Source: Desulfuromonadales bacterium (GTDB taxonomy: Bacteria > Desulfobacterota > Desulfuromonadia > Desulfuromonadales > JAAYDE01). Taken from it: a DNA stretch of 64,000 nt. Made by a program: the position numbers and the translations under genes. The stretch is taken from NCBI GenBank assembly GCA_963665045.2, contig CAXXJQ010000006.1, positions 375,053-439,052 on the forward strand, given 5' to 3'. Positions 45,092-55,616 of this stretch are shown here, in pieces. Every line of letters starts with the position of its first letter. Positions within the stretch are counted from its first letter, which is position 1. The notes under the pieces are model-generated. The model was not told the DNA's origin and did not search any database. It saw only the letters and a list, made by a program, of their open reading frames with translations.

Positions 45092-45572
45092 GCCCCCCAA
45101 GGCCCTGCAAAAAGCGCTGGCCCTGTTGACTTACAGGGACCATAGCGAGGCTGAGCTCACAAAAAAACTGAGCCGTTCTGGTTTTTCCCCCGACGCTGTT
45201 GCCGGCGCTCTGAAGCATTGCCGGGAATATGGCTACCTTGATGATTTCAGATTCGCCCGACAACGGGCACATGCTCTCATTACCCAGGGCCGTGCCGTCG
45301 GGCCTAAACTGATGGAGGATCTCCGCAAACGCGGCATCGAAGAGGAGACAGCCCGTCGTGCTATTCACGAGGCCTCCGAAGATGTCAATGAGGATGACCT
45401 CCTCACCATTATTTTCGAAAAGCGCTTTGCTGCTTTCAACTTTCAAAAAGCCCGTGACAATGAAAAAAGGCGGGTGATAAACTATTTAATGCGCCGTGGT
45501 TTCTCTTTACCCACGGTTTTGGAGTTTTTAAGGAAGAAAGGTCAAGATCACTACCATGATGACGGGCAATGA
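45039..45572 (+). CDS. recX: recombination regulator RecX
   Basis: ALALLTYRDHSEAELTKKLSRSGFSPDAVAGALKHCREYGYLDDFRFA three-repeat RecX pattern. The start is uncertain (ATG 45039 or GTG 45051), and both overlap the pilT 3' end. Confidence 0.8.
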   Translation: MTKAVTRKKTRRKTSAAEPPKALQKALALLTYRDHSEAELTKKLSRSGFSPDAVAGALKHCREYGYLDDFRFARQRAHALITQGRAVGPKLMEDLRKRGIEEETARRAIHEASEDVNEDDLLTIIFEKRFAAFNFQKARDNEKRRVINYLMRRGFSLPTVLEFLRKKGQDHYHDDGQ

Positions 45573-48207
45573 AATTCGTAAACGTTTTTTGGAATATTTT
45601 GAAAATAAACACCACACGGTCGTCAAATCCTCTCCGCTGATTCCCCACAGCGACCCCACCCTCCTTTTCATCAACGCGGGTATGAATCAATTCAAGGATG
45701 TTTTTCTTGGGCGGGAAAAACGCGACTATGTGCGGGCGGCCAGCTCACAGAAATGTGTCCGCGCCGGTGGCAAACATAACGATCTGGAAAACGTCGGGCA
45801 CACGGCCAGACACCATACCTTTTTTGAAATGCTCGGCAACTTTTCCTTTGGCGATTACTTTAAAACCGAGGCCATCCGTTTTGCCTGGGAGTTTCTGACC
45901 CAGGAAATGAAACTGCCTCAGGAAAAACTCTGGGCCACGGTCTTCCGCGAAGACGACGAAGCTTACGACATCTGGAAAAATGACATCAAGGTCCCGGTTG
46001 AGCGGATTGTCCGCATGGGCGAAAAGGACAACTTCTGGTCCATGGGCGACACCGGCCCCTGCGGCCCCTGCTCGGAAATTCTCATCGACCAGGGCGAGGA
46101 GATGTCCTGCGGCGACAACTGCGGTATCGGCAAATGTGACTGCGACCGGTACCTGGAACTCTGGAACCTGGTTTTCATGCAGTTCAACCGCGATGACAGC
46201 GGCGACATGGCCCCTCTCCCCAAACCCTCCATCGACACCGGCATGGGTCTTGAGCGCATATCAGCCGTGGTTCAGGGCGTTCAAAGCAATTACGACTGCG
46301 ACCTTCTGCGCGGCATTATCGCTACCATCGAAAAACTTTCCGGCAAAACCTACGGCAGCAACGAAGAAGACAGCGTTTCCATGCGGGTCATCGCTGATCA
46401 TAGCCGCGCCGTGGCCTTTCTCATCAGCGACGGCATCCTGCCCAGCAACGAAGGCCGGGGCTACGTACTGCGCCGCATCATGCGCCGGGCGGCCCGGCAC
46501 GCCAAGATGCTCGGCTTCAACGAACCGGTGCTCCACAAAACCTGCCTTGCGGTCATGGATGCCATGAGCGAGGCCTATCCGGAACTGGTAAAAAGAAAAA
46601 GCTACGTCGGCAAGGTCGTGCTTAATGAAGAAGAAAGATTTCTCCAAACCCTCGACAACGGCCTCCACCTTCTCACCGAGGAGATTGCCAAGCTGGGAAA
46701 TAGTCAAAACCAAGTGTTTTCCGGTGCTGTCGCTTTCCGCCTCTATGACACCTTCGGCTTTCCCCTTGACCTGACCGAGGATATTATCGCCGCCAAAGGG
46801 CTTTCCGTTGACAACGAAGAATTTGCGAAGTGTATGGAAGCCCAGCGCGAAAAAGCCCGCGAACATTGGAAAGGTTCCGGAGAGGAGGCGGTGGAAGGCA
46901 TCTACAAAGAATTAGTCCGCGAAGGCCTGTTTTCGGGCTTCTGCGGTTATCAGACCGTTGCCGAAAACGCAAAAGTCCTGGCCCTCGTCAAGGAGGGAAA
47001 ACCGGTCGAAACTGCCCGCGAAGGCGATACTGTCGACATCATAGTGGACAACACCCCGTTTTATGGCGAATCCGGTGGCCAGGTCGGCGACCGGGGCGAA
47101 ATCAGGACCGCTACGGCACACTTTCAGGTCATGGACACCAAGAAACCGGTCCCCGAGCTGACCGTACACAAAGGGAAGGTTGTTTCCGGGGATATCAAAA
47201 AAGGGGACAAGGCTTCTCTCAGCGTTGACCAGGAAGCCCGCCAGGCTACAGCTCTCAATCATACTGCTACCCACATTCTCCAAGCCGCTCTGGTCAAAAT
47301 TCTTGGCGATCATATTAAACAAGCCGGTTCTCTTGTCAGTCCTGAACGTTTGCGTTTCGACTTCACTCACTTCTCACCCCTCAGCCGCGACGAAATCCGG
47401 CAGGTTGAAAAAGAGGTGAATGCCAACATTCGCGGCAACTTCGCTGTCGAAACCAAAGAAATGACCACTGAGGAAGCCATCAAAGCGGGGGCAACAGCAC
47501 TCTTCGGCGAGAAATACGGCGACTCTTCCCGGGTCGTCCGCATGGGTGAATTCAGCATGGAACTCTGCGGCGGCACTCATGCCGAGTCATCCGGCAACAT
47601 CGGCTTTTTCAAAATCCTCCACGAGACCGGCATCGCAGCCGGGGTCCGCCGTATCGAAGCGGCAACCGGCGCCCGCGCTCTGGAAACCATCCAGGAGCAA
47701 GAGGCCCTGCTGGAAAGAACCGCCGGCCTGCTGAAGAGCGATCCATCAAACCTGGAGACCCGTGTCCAGAAACTCCTGGAACGCCAGAAGGAACTGGAGC
47801 GGGAGGTGGAAAAACTGAATGAAAAGATGGCGGCCAACCAGGCCGGCGATCTCATGGACAATGTCCGCACCGTAGAGGGAATCAACCTGCTGGCCGTTAA
47901 AGTCCCCGGTGAGCAGGCCAAAACCCTGCGTGACATGGGCGACCAGCTTCGGGACAAGCTGAAATCGGGAGTTGTGGTCCTGGGTTGTGAAAACAACGGC
48001 AAGGTCAATCTCCTCGTCAGCGTCACCAAGGATCTGGCCGGCAAAGTCCACGCCGGGCAACTGATCAAAACCCTGGCTGAGCAGGTAGGAGGCAAGGGCG
48101 GCGGTCGTCCCGACTTTGCCCAGGCCGGTGGAAGCAAACCTGAAAAGCTGGACGCTACCCTGGAGAAGACCGAAGAGTTTTTGAAAAACATGGTCGGGGC
48201 ATCCTGA
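45556..48207 (+). CDS. alaS: alanine--tRNA ligase
   Basis: FFEMLGNFSFGDYFK, the editing-domain HTATHIL..CGGTH motifs and the C-terminal DHHA1-like region. 883 aa. Confidence 0.97.
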   Translation: MMTGNEIRKRFLEYFENKHHTVVKSSPLIPHSDPTLLFINAGMNQFKDVFLGREKRDYVRAASSQKCVRAGGKHNDLENVGHTARHHTFFEMLGNFSFGDYFKTEAIRFAWEFLTQEMKLPQEKLWATVFREDDEAYDIWKNDIKVPVERIVRMGEKDNFWSMGDTGPCGPCSEILIDQGEEMSCGDNCGIGKCDCDRYLELWNLVFMQFNRDDSGDMAPLPKPSIDTGMGLERISAVVQGVQSNYDCDLLRGIIATIEKLSGKTYGSNEEDSVSMRVIADHSRAVAFLISDGILPSNEGRGYVLRRIMRRAARHAKMLGFNEPVLHKTCLAVMDAMSEAYPELVKRKSYVGKVVLNEEERFLQTLDNGLHLLTEEIAKLGNSQNQVFSGAVAFRLYDTFGFPLDLTEDIIAAKGLSVDNEEFAKCMEAQREKAREHWKGSGEEAVEGIYKELVREGLFSGFCGYQTVAENAKVLALVKEGKPVETAREGDTVDIIVDNTPFYGESGGQVGDRGEIRTATAHFQVMDTKKPVPELTVHKGKVVSGDIKKGDKASLSVDQEARQATALNHTATHILQAALVKILGDHIKQAGSLVSPERLRFDFTHFSPLSRDEIRQVEKEVNANIRGNFAVETKEMTTEEAIKAGATALFGEKYGDSSRVVRMGEFSMELCGGTHAESSGNIGFFKILHETGIAAGVRRIEAATGARALETIQEQEALLERTAGLLKSDPSNLETRVQKLLERQKELEREVEKLNEKMAANQAGDLMDNVRTVEGINLLAVKVPGEQAKTLRDMGDQLRDKLKSGVVVLGCENNGKVNLLVSVTKDLAGKVHAGQLIKTLAEQVGGKGGGRPDFAQAGGSKPEKLDATLEKTEEFLKNMVGAS

Positions 48208-48240
48208 CCACTATCTAAAGCAATCCTTCAAGCAACCTTA

Positions 48241-48291
48241 AATACTCCAAAAAGTCCTTGGAAATTTGGATTTTTTGGAGTATTTTTTTTA
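48241..48291 (+). terminator. intrinsic terminator after alaS
   Basis: 13-bp stem AATACTCCAAAAA/TTTTTGGAGTATT followed by TTTTTTT. Confidence 0.7.
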
Positions 48292-48320
48292 TTTATCCCG
48301 AATTTTACGAGGTTTTGGCG

Positions 48321-48851
48321 ATGTTTGAAGGAACAACCATTCTTTGCGTCCGCAAAAACAATTCGGTAGCCATTGCCGGTGACGGTCAAGTCACGCTGGG
48401 CAACACCGTGATGAAACACACCGCAAAAAAAATCCGGCGCATGTCCGATAACAAGATTGTTGCCGGTTTTGCCGGTAGTACGGCGGACGCTTTTACTCTC
48501 TTTGATAAATTTGATGCCAAGCTTCAGGAGTTTCAGGGCAACCTGGTCAGAGCGGCAGTTGCCCTCGCCAAGGATTGGCGCACCGACCGCATTCTCCGCC
48601 GCCTTGAGGCTCTGCTGATCGTAGCAAACAGCGATACGACCCTGGTTCTTTCCGGTGCCGGGGATGTTATTGAGCCGGACGACGGCCTCGCCGCCATCGG
48701 TTCGGGCGGTTCCTACGCCCTGGCCGCAGCTCGGGCCTGTTTTGATAATCCCGGTCTTGATGCCCGGCAGGTCGCTGAAAAAGCCCTGAACATCGCCGCT
48801 GACATCTGTATCTACACCAACCATGAAATCACTGTCGAGACACTACCGTGA
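48321..48851 (+). CDS. hslV: ATP-dependent protease subunit HslV
   Basis: [32 protein letters not shown] with the N-terminal Thr nucleophile after Met processing. ATG at 48321. Confidence 0.95.
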   Translation: MFEGTTILCVRKNNSVAIAGDGQVTLGNTVMKHTAKKIRRMSDNKIVAGFAGSTADAFTLFDKFDAKLQEFQGNLVRAAVALAKDWRTDRILRRLEALLIVANSDTTLVLSGAGDVIEPDDGLAAIGSGGSYALAAARACFDNPGLDARQVAEKALNIAADICIYTNHEITVETLP

Positions 48852-50179
48852 ATAATTTTACTCCCCGCGAAATCGTTTCTGAACTGGACTGTTTTATTGT
48901 CGGCCAGAACGCTGCCAAAAGAGCCGTCGCAATTGCCTTGCGCAACCGCTGGCGCCGTCAGCAGGTTGCCCCCGAACTGCGCGACGAGATTGCACCCAAA
49001 AATATCATCATGATCGGCCCCACCGGCGTTGGTAAAACCGAGATTGCCCGGCGTCTCGCCAAGCTCGCCCAGGCGCCGTTCGTCAAAGTCGAGGCCAGCA
49101 AATTCACTGAAGTCGGCTATGTCGGCCGCGATGTCGAAAGCATGGTGCGCGATCTTCTCGAGCTGGCCATTATTCTGGTCAAAGAAGAAGAAGCTAAGAA
49201 AGTCCGCATCAAGGCGGAAGACCTTGCGGAAGAACGCCTTCTCGACCTGCTTCTGCCCGGCGAGACCACAAATGCCGACCCGGAAAAGCAGGAGAGCCGC
49301 GAACACACCCGCGAAAAATTGAAAAAGCTTCTGCGCATGGGTTCTTTGGACGACCGCATGGTGGAAATTGAGTCGCAGGTATCGAAGATGCCGGTCATGG
49401 AGATTTTCACCCCCCAGGGGACTGAAGAAATGGACATCAACATGAAAGAGATGTTCGGCGGCCTCTTCCCCAAAAAAACCAAACGCCGGCGCATGAAGGT
49501 TTCGGAAGCCCGCGAGATACTGATTGATATGGAAGCCGAAAAGCTGGTCGACATGGACAAGGTCACCACCCTCGCCAAAGAGCGCACCGAACAGACCGGC
49601 ATCGTTTTTATCGACGAGATCGACAAAATAGCCAGCCGCGAGGGCGGACACGGCCCGGAAGTCTCCCGAGAGGGCGTCCAGCGCGACATCCTGCCCATCG
49701 TCGAGGGATGTACCATCAATACCAAGCATGGCCCGGTGAAAACCGACCACATTCTGTTTATCGCTTCCGGCGCTTTCCACGTCGCCAAGCCTTCGGACCT
49801 GATCCCCGAACTGCAGGGACGCTTCCCCATTCGGGTTGAGTTGGAAAAGTTGACGGAGGAGGATTTTGTGCGCATTCTCCAAGAACCGCAAAACGCGCTT
49901 CTTCGTCAGTACAAGGCTTTGCTGGATACCGAGAATATCAACCTCAACTTCCGCGAGGATGCGGTCCTGGAAATCGCCAGGGTCGCTGCGGTGGTCAACA
50001 ACCGCACAGAAAACATCGGCGCCCGGCGGCTGCACACGATTATGGAAAAACTGCTCGACGAAATTTCTTTCAACGCCCCGGAACTTCAGGAAAAAAATGT
50101 GGAAATCGACGCGGCATACGTGCGCGACCGCCTCGAGGACATTTCCACCAATGAAGATCTGGCCAACTATATTCTTTGA
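48848..50179 (+). CDS. hslU: ATP-dependent protease ATPase subunit HslU
   Basis: [16 protein letters not shown], Walker [24 protein letters not shown]. The start overlaps the hslV stop. Confidence 0.97.
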   Translation: MNNFTPREIVSELDCFIVGQNAAKRAVAIALRNRWRRQQVAPELRDEIAPKNIIMIGPTGVGKTEIARRLAKLAQAPFVKVEASKFTEVGYVGRDVESMVRDLLELAIILVKEEEAKKVRIKAEDLAEERLLDLLLPGETTNADPEKQESREHTREKLKKLLRMGSLDDRMVEIESQVSKMPVMEIFTPQGTEEMDINMKEMFGGLFPKKTKRRRMKVSEAREILIDMEAEKLVDMDKVTTLAKERTEQTGIVFIDEIDKIASREGGHGPEVSREGVQRDILPIVEGCTINTKHGPVKTDHILFIASGAFHVAKPSDLIPELQGRFPIRVELEKLTEEDFVRILQEPQNALLRQYKALLDTENINLNFREDAVLEIARVAAVVNNRTENIGARRLHTIMEKLLDEISFNAPELQEKNVEIDAAYVRDRLEDISTNEDLANYIL

Positions 50180-50180
50180 A

Positions 50181-51083
50181 ATGACTGCTATGGAAAAGCT
50201 AATCGAACGGGCCGAAGTCCTCATGGAGGCCCTTCCCTATATTAAACATTTTTTCGGCCGGACCATTGTCATCAAGTACGGTGGCAACGCCATGGTCGAG
50301 AAGACCCTCAAGGAAAATTTTGCCAAGGATATCATCCTCCTCAAGTACATCGGCATGAATCCCGTGATCGTTCACGGCGGCGGCCCCCAGATCGGCGAAG
50401 TGCTTAAAAGCATGGGTAAGGAACCGCGCTTCGTACAAGGCATCCGGGTCACCGATCAGGAGACTATGGATGTGGTGGAGATGGTTCTCGGCGGCAAGAT
50501 CAACAAAGAGATCGTCGCCAACATCAACCGCTTCGGCGGCCGTGCCATCGGCCTGTCCGGCAAGGACGGCAACCTCATTCAGGGCCGCAAGCTTGCCATG
50601 AAGGCCGTCAACCCCGAGACCCTGACCTCGGAAATCATCGACATCGGCCTGGCGGGTGAGGTGGAAAAGATTGACCCCGAGATCGTCTCCCTCATCGACA
50701 GGGGCAACTTTATCCCGGTCATCGCGCCGGTTGGCTGCGGACCCAACGGCGAAACGTTCAACATCAACGCCGACTTGGTGGCCGGCGAGGTGGCGGCGGC
50801 CCTCAAGGCCGAAAAACTGATTTTACTCACTGACGTGGCCGGCGTGAAAGACCTCCAGGGGGAGCTCATTCCCAAACTCAGGACCCGGGAGATCAACAGC
50901 CTGCTCCAGGACGGCACTATCTCGGGCGGCATGATTCCCAAGATCAACGCCTGCCTCAAGGCTTTGGAAAAAGGTGTTTCCAAAGCTCACATTATCGACG
51001 GCCGCATCCTGCACGCATGCCTGCTGGAAATTTTCACTGACAAAGGTATCGGCACGGAAATTACCAGGGGAGAAACTTCATGA
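50181..51083 (+). CDS. argB: acetylglutamate kinase
   Basis: [34 protein letters not shown]. The ATG at 50181 is 2 nt after the hslU stop; the alternative is 50190. Confidence 0.95.
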   Translation: MTAMEKLIERAEVLMEALPYIKHFFGRTIVIKYGGNAMVEKTLKENFAKDIILLKYIGMNPVIVHGGGPQIGEVLKSMGKEPRFVQGIRVTDQETMDVVEMVLGGKINKEIVANINRFGGRAIGLSGKDGNLIQGRKLAMKAVNPETLTSEIIDIGLAGEVEKIDPEIVSLIDRGNFIPVIAPVGCGPNGETFNINADLVAGEVAAALKAEKLILLTDVAGVKDLQGELIPKLRTREINSLLQDGTISGGMIPKINACLKALEKGVSKAHIIDGRILHACLLEIFTDKGIGTEITRGETS

Positions 51084-52273
51084 CCCAATCCCAGAAATGG
51101 ATAACCAGAGCAGATAAGGTCATTTTCAAAAACTACGGCCGATACCCAATCGTCCCCGCAAAAGGACAGGGATGCCGCCTTTGGGATGCGGACGGGACAG
51201 CCTATCTCGATTTTCTGGCCGGCGTGGCGGTCAATAACCTTGGCCATTGTCACCCCAGGGTTGTCGCTGCCCTTCAGGAACAGGCCGCGCAGCTGATTCA
51301 CTGTTCCAACTTCTACCACATACCCAAACAGATTGAACTGGCGGAGTTGCTGTGTGAAAACTCTTTCGGTGACCGCGTCTTTTTCTGCAATTCGGGAGCG
51401 GAAGCTAACGAAGCGGCGATAAAACTGGTGCGCAAATTCAGTCGCGACAGCTACGGTGAAGACCATTTTGAGATCATTACGGCCCTGGCATCCTTCCACG
51501 GCCGCACCATCGGCACCATAAGCGCCACCGGCCAGGACAAGGTTCGGGCCGGCTTCAACCCTATCGTTCCTGGTTTCAAGTACGTCCCCTTCGGGGATAT
51601 CGCAGCGCTCAAAAACGCCATCAGCCCCAACACCTGCGCCGTCATGCTCGAACCGGTCCAGGGCGAAGGGGGTATCAATATCCCTCCAGCCGGTTATTTC
51701 CAGGAGGTGCGAAAGGTCTGCGACGAACGCAACCTGCTGTTGATCCTCGACGAGGTCCAGTCCGGATGCGGCAGAACCGGGAAACTCTTCGCCTATGAAT
51801 ACGAAGGCATGAGTCCCGACATCATGACCCTGGCCAAAGCCCTGGCCGGCGGTCCGCCCATAGGCGCCATGGTCGCCACCGACAGGATCGCCGAAACCTT
51901 CGTGCCGGGAAGCCACGGTTCGACCTTCGGCGGCAACCCCCTGATGTGTGCCGCTGCTGTAGCCACCATCAGGACCCTTCTGGAAGAAGGGGTTCTGGAG
52001 AACTGTTGCCGGATGGGAGAATACTTGTGCAGCCGTCTGGAAGCTTTGCGGGAAAAATATCCCTTTATCCGGGGGATTCGCGGGCGCGGTTTGTTCATCG
52101 GCATGGAACTCGACATCCCGGGCGGGGAGATCGTCAACCAGGCGATGGAAAAAGGTCTGCTGATCAATTGCACAGCCGGCAAGGTATTGCGTTTCGTACC
52201 TCCCCTCATCGTTACCCGTGAGGAAATCGACGAAGCCATCGATATTCTTGATTTAATTTTAAAAGAGCAGTGA
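51080..52273 (+). CDS. argD: acetylornithine aminotransferase
   Basis: Class III aminotransferase: [30 protein letters not shown], and the PLP-Lys region TLAKALAGG. Confidence 0.95.
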   Translation: MTQSQKWITRADKVIFKNYGRYPIVPAKGQGCRLWDADGTAYLDFLAGVAVNNLGHCHPRVVAALQEQAAQLIHCSNFYHIPKQIELAELLCENSFGDRVFFCNSGAEANEAAIKLVRKFSRDSYGEDHFEIITALASFHGRTIGTISATGQDKVRAGFNPIVPGFKYVPFGDIAALKNAISPNTCAVMLEPVQGEGGINIPPAGYFQEVRKVCDERNLLLILDEVQSGCGRTGKLFAYEYEGMSPDIMTLAKALAGGPPIGAMVATDRIAETFVPGSHGSTFGGNPLMCAAAVATIRTLLEEGVLENCCRMGEYLCSRLEALREKYPFIRGIRGRGLFIGMELDIPGGEIVNQAMEKGLLINCTAGKVLRFVPPLIVTREEIDEAIDILDLILKEQ

Positions 52274-52321
52274 GAAACGGTTTCCTTTCCCTCTGCTCAG
52301 AACCAAACCGTTTAGGAGTCA

Positions 52322-53236
52322 TTGGCATTGAAAAAAGATTTTTTAGCTATCTCGGACTGGACGCGTGAAGAACTTGAAGAAATATTCGCGCTGGCTGCCG
52401 ATTTGAAGAATAAGCAGAAAAGCGGAGAACCTCATCACCTTTTAGGCGGCAAAACCCTGGGCATGATTTTCGAGAAAAGCTCGACCAGGACCCGTGTCTC
52501 TTTCGAGGTCGGCATGTTTCAGCTGGGAGGCTCGGCCCTCTTTCTCAGCTCCGGCAATACCCAGCTGGGCCGGGGAGAACCCATTAAAGATACCGCCCGG
52601 GTTCTTTCCCGCTACGTCGACGGCATCATGATCCGCACCTTCGCTCAGCAGAACATCGACGACATGGCCCAATGGGCCGGGGTCCCGGTCATCAACGGCC
52701 TCTCCGACCTCCTCCACCCCTGCCAGATCATGGCCGATCTCTTAACCGTCATCGAAAACCGCCCCTCCTTTACCGATCTGACCTACTGCTGGATCGGTGA
52801 CGGCAACAACATGGCCAACAGCTGGATCAACGCGGCCAGAGTATTCGGCTTCGAGCTGAGACTGGCAACGCCCAAAGGCTACCAGCCTGATCCGATAATC
52901 CTGGAGCGGGCCATGGCCGATGGTGCCCGTATTTTTCTGACCGACGATCCCTTTGAAGCCGCAGACAAGGCCCATGTTCTGAATACTGACGTTTGGGCCA
53001 GCATGGGGCAGGAAGAAGAGCAAAAGAAGCGGGAAAAAGCTTTTCAGAACTTCCAGATTAACCGGGAGATTCTTCAGGTGGCAGACCCCGATTGCATCGT
53101 ACTCCATTGCCTGCCGGCGCATCGCGGCGAGGAAATCACTGACGAGGTAATCGAGGGGCCCCGCTCCAAGGTTTTTGACGAGGCCGAAAACCGCCTTCAT
53201 GTTCAGAAAGCGATCATGGTCACCCTCATGCGTTGA
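52322..53236 (+). CDS. argF: ornithine carbamoyltransferase
   Basis: STRTRVSFE, HPCQIMAD, HCLPAHRGEE. Start is TTG 52322 or TTG 52328 (MKKDFLAISDW); the latter has better SD spacing. Confidence 0.93.
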   Translation: MALKKDFLAISDWTREELEEIFALAADLKNKQKSGEPHHLLGGKTLGMIFEKSSTRTRVSFEVGMFQLGGSALFLSSGNTQLGRGEPIKDTARVLSRYVDGIMIRTFAQQNIDDMAQWAGVPVINGLSDLLHPCQIMADLLTVIENRPSFTDLTYCWIGDGNNMANSWINAARVFGFELRLATPKGYQPDPIILERAMADGARIFLTDDPFEAADKAHVLNTDVWASMGQEEEQKKREKAFQNFQINREILQVADPDCIVLHCLPAHRGEEITDEVIEGPRSKVFDEAENRLHVQKAIMVTLMR

Positions 53237-53889
53237 ACGGACTACGCCGCATGCTGATTACCTGCCCCAGTTGTGGGTTTTCCAAAGAAATGTCCGCTGA
53301 ACTGGTTCCCCTTTATAATGCATGGGTCACCTGTCCGCAGTGCCATCATCGTTTTTATCTCTGCTCCACGGACGCGACCACAAACGGGGACAATGATGAG
53401 GGCAATGACGAACCCGTTCTGCAGCCTTCAGCCGAGGTGCCAGGCAGCCAGGAAGAACCGCCAAAAGCAGGTTTCTGGATACGGGTGGTGGCGACGTTGG
53501 TCGACTCGTTGCTGGTCAGCCTTGTTCAACTTGTTTTAGCGTACCTCCTGGTCTTTGTGCTCGGACTGGCAGACCACGCCACCAACGGTGACACCAAGGA
53601 ACTGGTAGCCGGTCTGGCCTGGTTCTTCAGCACTCTGATCGGTATCGTATATTATGTTTTTTTTACCGGTTATTGCGGCCAGACGCCCGGGAAAATGGCA
53701 CTGCGAGTGAAGGTTATCCGCACCAACGGCGAAGAGATCGGTTTCGGCAGAGCCATCCTGCGGGAAGTGCTCGGCAAGTTCATCTCCAGCATCGTTTTAT
53801 GCCTGGGCTACATCTGGGTAGCCTTCGATGCGCAAAAACAGGGCTGGCACGATAAAATAGCCGGCACCTATGTCATTAAACTGCTTTAA
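53233..53889 (+). CDS. MJ0042-type zinc-ribbon plus RDD-family membrane protein
   Basis: ITCPSCGFSKEM...VTCPQCHHRF, an acidic linker, then RDD-like WIRVVATLVDSL...GWHDKIAGTYV. The start overlaps the argF stop; the alternative ATG is 53251. Confidence 0.75.
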   Translation: MNGLRRMLITCPSCGFSKEMSAELVPLYNAWVTCPQCHHRFYLCSTDATTNGDNDEGNDEPVLQPSAEVPGSQEEPPKAGFWIRVVATLVDSLLVSLVQLVLAYLLVFVLGLADHATNGDTKELVAGLAWFFSTLIGIVYYVFFTGYCGQTPGKMALRVKVIRTNGEEIGFGRAILREVLGKFISSIVLCLGYIWVAFDAQKQGWHDKIAGTYVIKLL

Positions 53890-54002
53890 ACAGGCTATTG
53901 TTTTCACACCTCGTGACGATTCTTCACCACCACTCCGCCACGGGGCCTTAATTTTCCATAAACTGGTTGGAAACCAACTTCATCATCGGCAAGGAGCTGA
54001 TT

Positions 54003-55224
54003 ATGGCGAAAAAATTCTCCGCTGACAAAGTCGTACTCGCCTACTCGGGCGGGCTGGATACCTCCATCATTCTCAAATGGCTCATCGAGGAATATGACTG
54101 TGAAGTCATCGCCTTTGCCGCCGACCTGGGCCAGGGGGAAGAGCTTGATCATCTTCCCGAAAAGGCAAAAAAAAACCGGTGCCTCCAAGTGCTTTGTCGA
54201 GGACCTGCGGGAAGAATTCGTGCGCGATTTCGTCTTCCCCATGTTTCGGGCCAACGCCATTTACGAAGGACGCTACTTTCTCGGCACCTCCATCGCCCGC
54301 CCCCTGATCTCCAAAAAACAGATGGAGATCGCCGCGGCGGAAGGGGCCGATGCCGTCTCCCACGGCGCCACGGGCAAGGGCAACGACCAGGTCCGTTTCG
54401 AGCTCGGCTATTATCATTTTAATCCGGCCATCAAGATTATCTCTCCCTGGCGCGAATGGGACCTCAACAGCCGTGAGTCCCTGATCCAATACGCCAAAAG
54501 TCATGACATCGAGGTGCCGGTCAGCAAGAAACGCCCGTGGAGCAGCGACCGCAATCTTCTCCACATCTCGTTTGAGGGGGGCATCCTGGAGGACCCCTGG
54601 GCTGAAGCGCCGGAAGAGATGTACGTGCTCTCTCAGGCTCCGGAAAAAGCCCCGGATACGCCCGAATACCTGGAGATTGAGTTCCAGCAGGGCAACGCCG
54701 TTGCTATCAACGGCGAGAAACTCTCTCCTGCCCAGCTTCTGGCGAGACTCAATGAGATGGGCGGCAAGCACGGCATCGGCAGGGTCGATCTCATGGAAAA
54801 CCGCTTCGTCGGCATGAAAAGCCGCGGCGTTTACGAAACCCCTGGAGGCACCATCCTCGAAGAAGCCCACCGTGGTATCGAGTCGATTACCATGGATCGC
54901 GAGGTCATGCACCTGCGGGATTCCCTGATCCCCAAATATTCGGAAATCATTTATAACGGTTTCTGGTTTGCACCCGAACGTCTTGCCCTGCAGGCGCTTT
55001 TCGACCAGACCCAGACCACTGTAAACGGCATGGCCCGGGTCAAACTCTACAAAGGCCATTGCCGGGTGGTGGGACGTCAATCGGCTACCGATTCCCTGTT
55101 CGATCCCGAATATGCCACCTTTGAGGCGGATGAGGTCTACAACCAGGCCGATGCCGAAGGCTTCATCAAGCTTAATGCTTTACGCCTGCGCATTCAGAGC
55201 ATGATGGCCGCGAAGAAAAAATAA
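54003..55224 (+). pseudogene. argG: argininosuccinate synthase, reading frame broken by one extra A in an A9 run (54167-54175); could be a sequencing or assembly artefact
   Basis: Frame A (54003..) gives [21 protein letters not shown]...[17 protein letters not shown], then turns to nonsense. The +1 frame continues [19 protein letters not shown]...[13 protein letters not shown] to 55224. Removing one A restores EKAKKTGASK. Confidence 0.85.
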
Positions 55225-55314
55225 TTATTAGAATGACGTAACACTGTAAAGAATGGGCTCGTGAAGCCCTTTTTAACTGTAATAATAACCAAAGTGTTTT
55301 AGGGTTTTGAGGGG

Positions 55315-55522
55315 TTTCCTTCCCCTTGCACCGCAGCCGAAGCGGAGAGGCTGTTTTGAGATAAAGGCTGGCAGTTGAGCGATTCATACGAATTCTGACC
55401 GCCCTCAAAACAGACTTGTAGCGAAGGGTACCCGAAGGGCAAGGTGCCGGGGCGTCCTTTTCTTTGCTTCTTTCTTTTTGACGTAAAAAGAAAGAAGGCG
55501 TCGTCCGGGGACGCAACCCCGG
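55315..55522 (+). repeat. intergenic repeat family A, full copy 2 (argG | argH)
   Basis: Aligns with 15886-16095 and 61014-61217. 10-bp closing stem 55351-55360/55404-55413 and 13-bp stem 55467-55479/55485-55497. Track ORFs 55172..55549 and 55299..55529 (-) are probably spurious. Confidence 0.85.
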
Positions 55523-55616
55523 CCCGCAAACCGTGGCAAATAACAACAAACGCTGTATTTGCGGACGCTTATTTGATTAAAATTTCGGCAACATCCAACG
55601 CATAACGAGGAAAAGC

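Noticed and set aside
48812-50224. Very long antisense ORFs opposite well-identified genes: 48812..50224 opposite hslU, 10252..11238 opposite rdgC, 55731..56993 opposite argH, 54106..55080 opposite argG, and 43070..43855 opposite recA.
   Set aside because: Each lies entirely opposite a CDS with clear family motifs. Their products are low-complexity (G/A/V/R/H/D-rich) with no recognisable domains, which is typical of shadow ORFs in moderately GC-rich coding DNA.
55172-55549. ORFs translated from the repeat elements: 55172..55549, 55299..55529, 15805..16020, 60859..61212 and 60999..61244 (all -), and 1891..2142 (+).
   Set aside because: They coincide with repeat families A and B. Between copies the nucleotide stems are conserved by compensatory changes rather than the amino-acid sequence, and there is no RBS. 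They are treated as non-coding.
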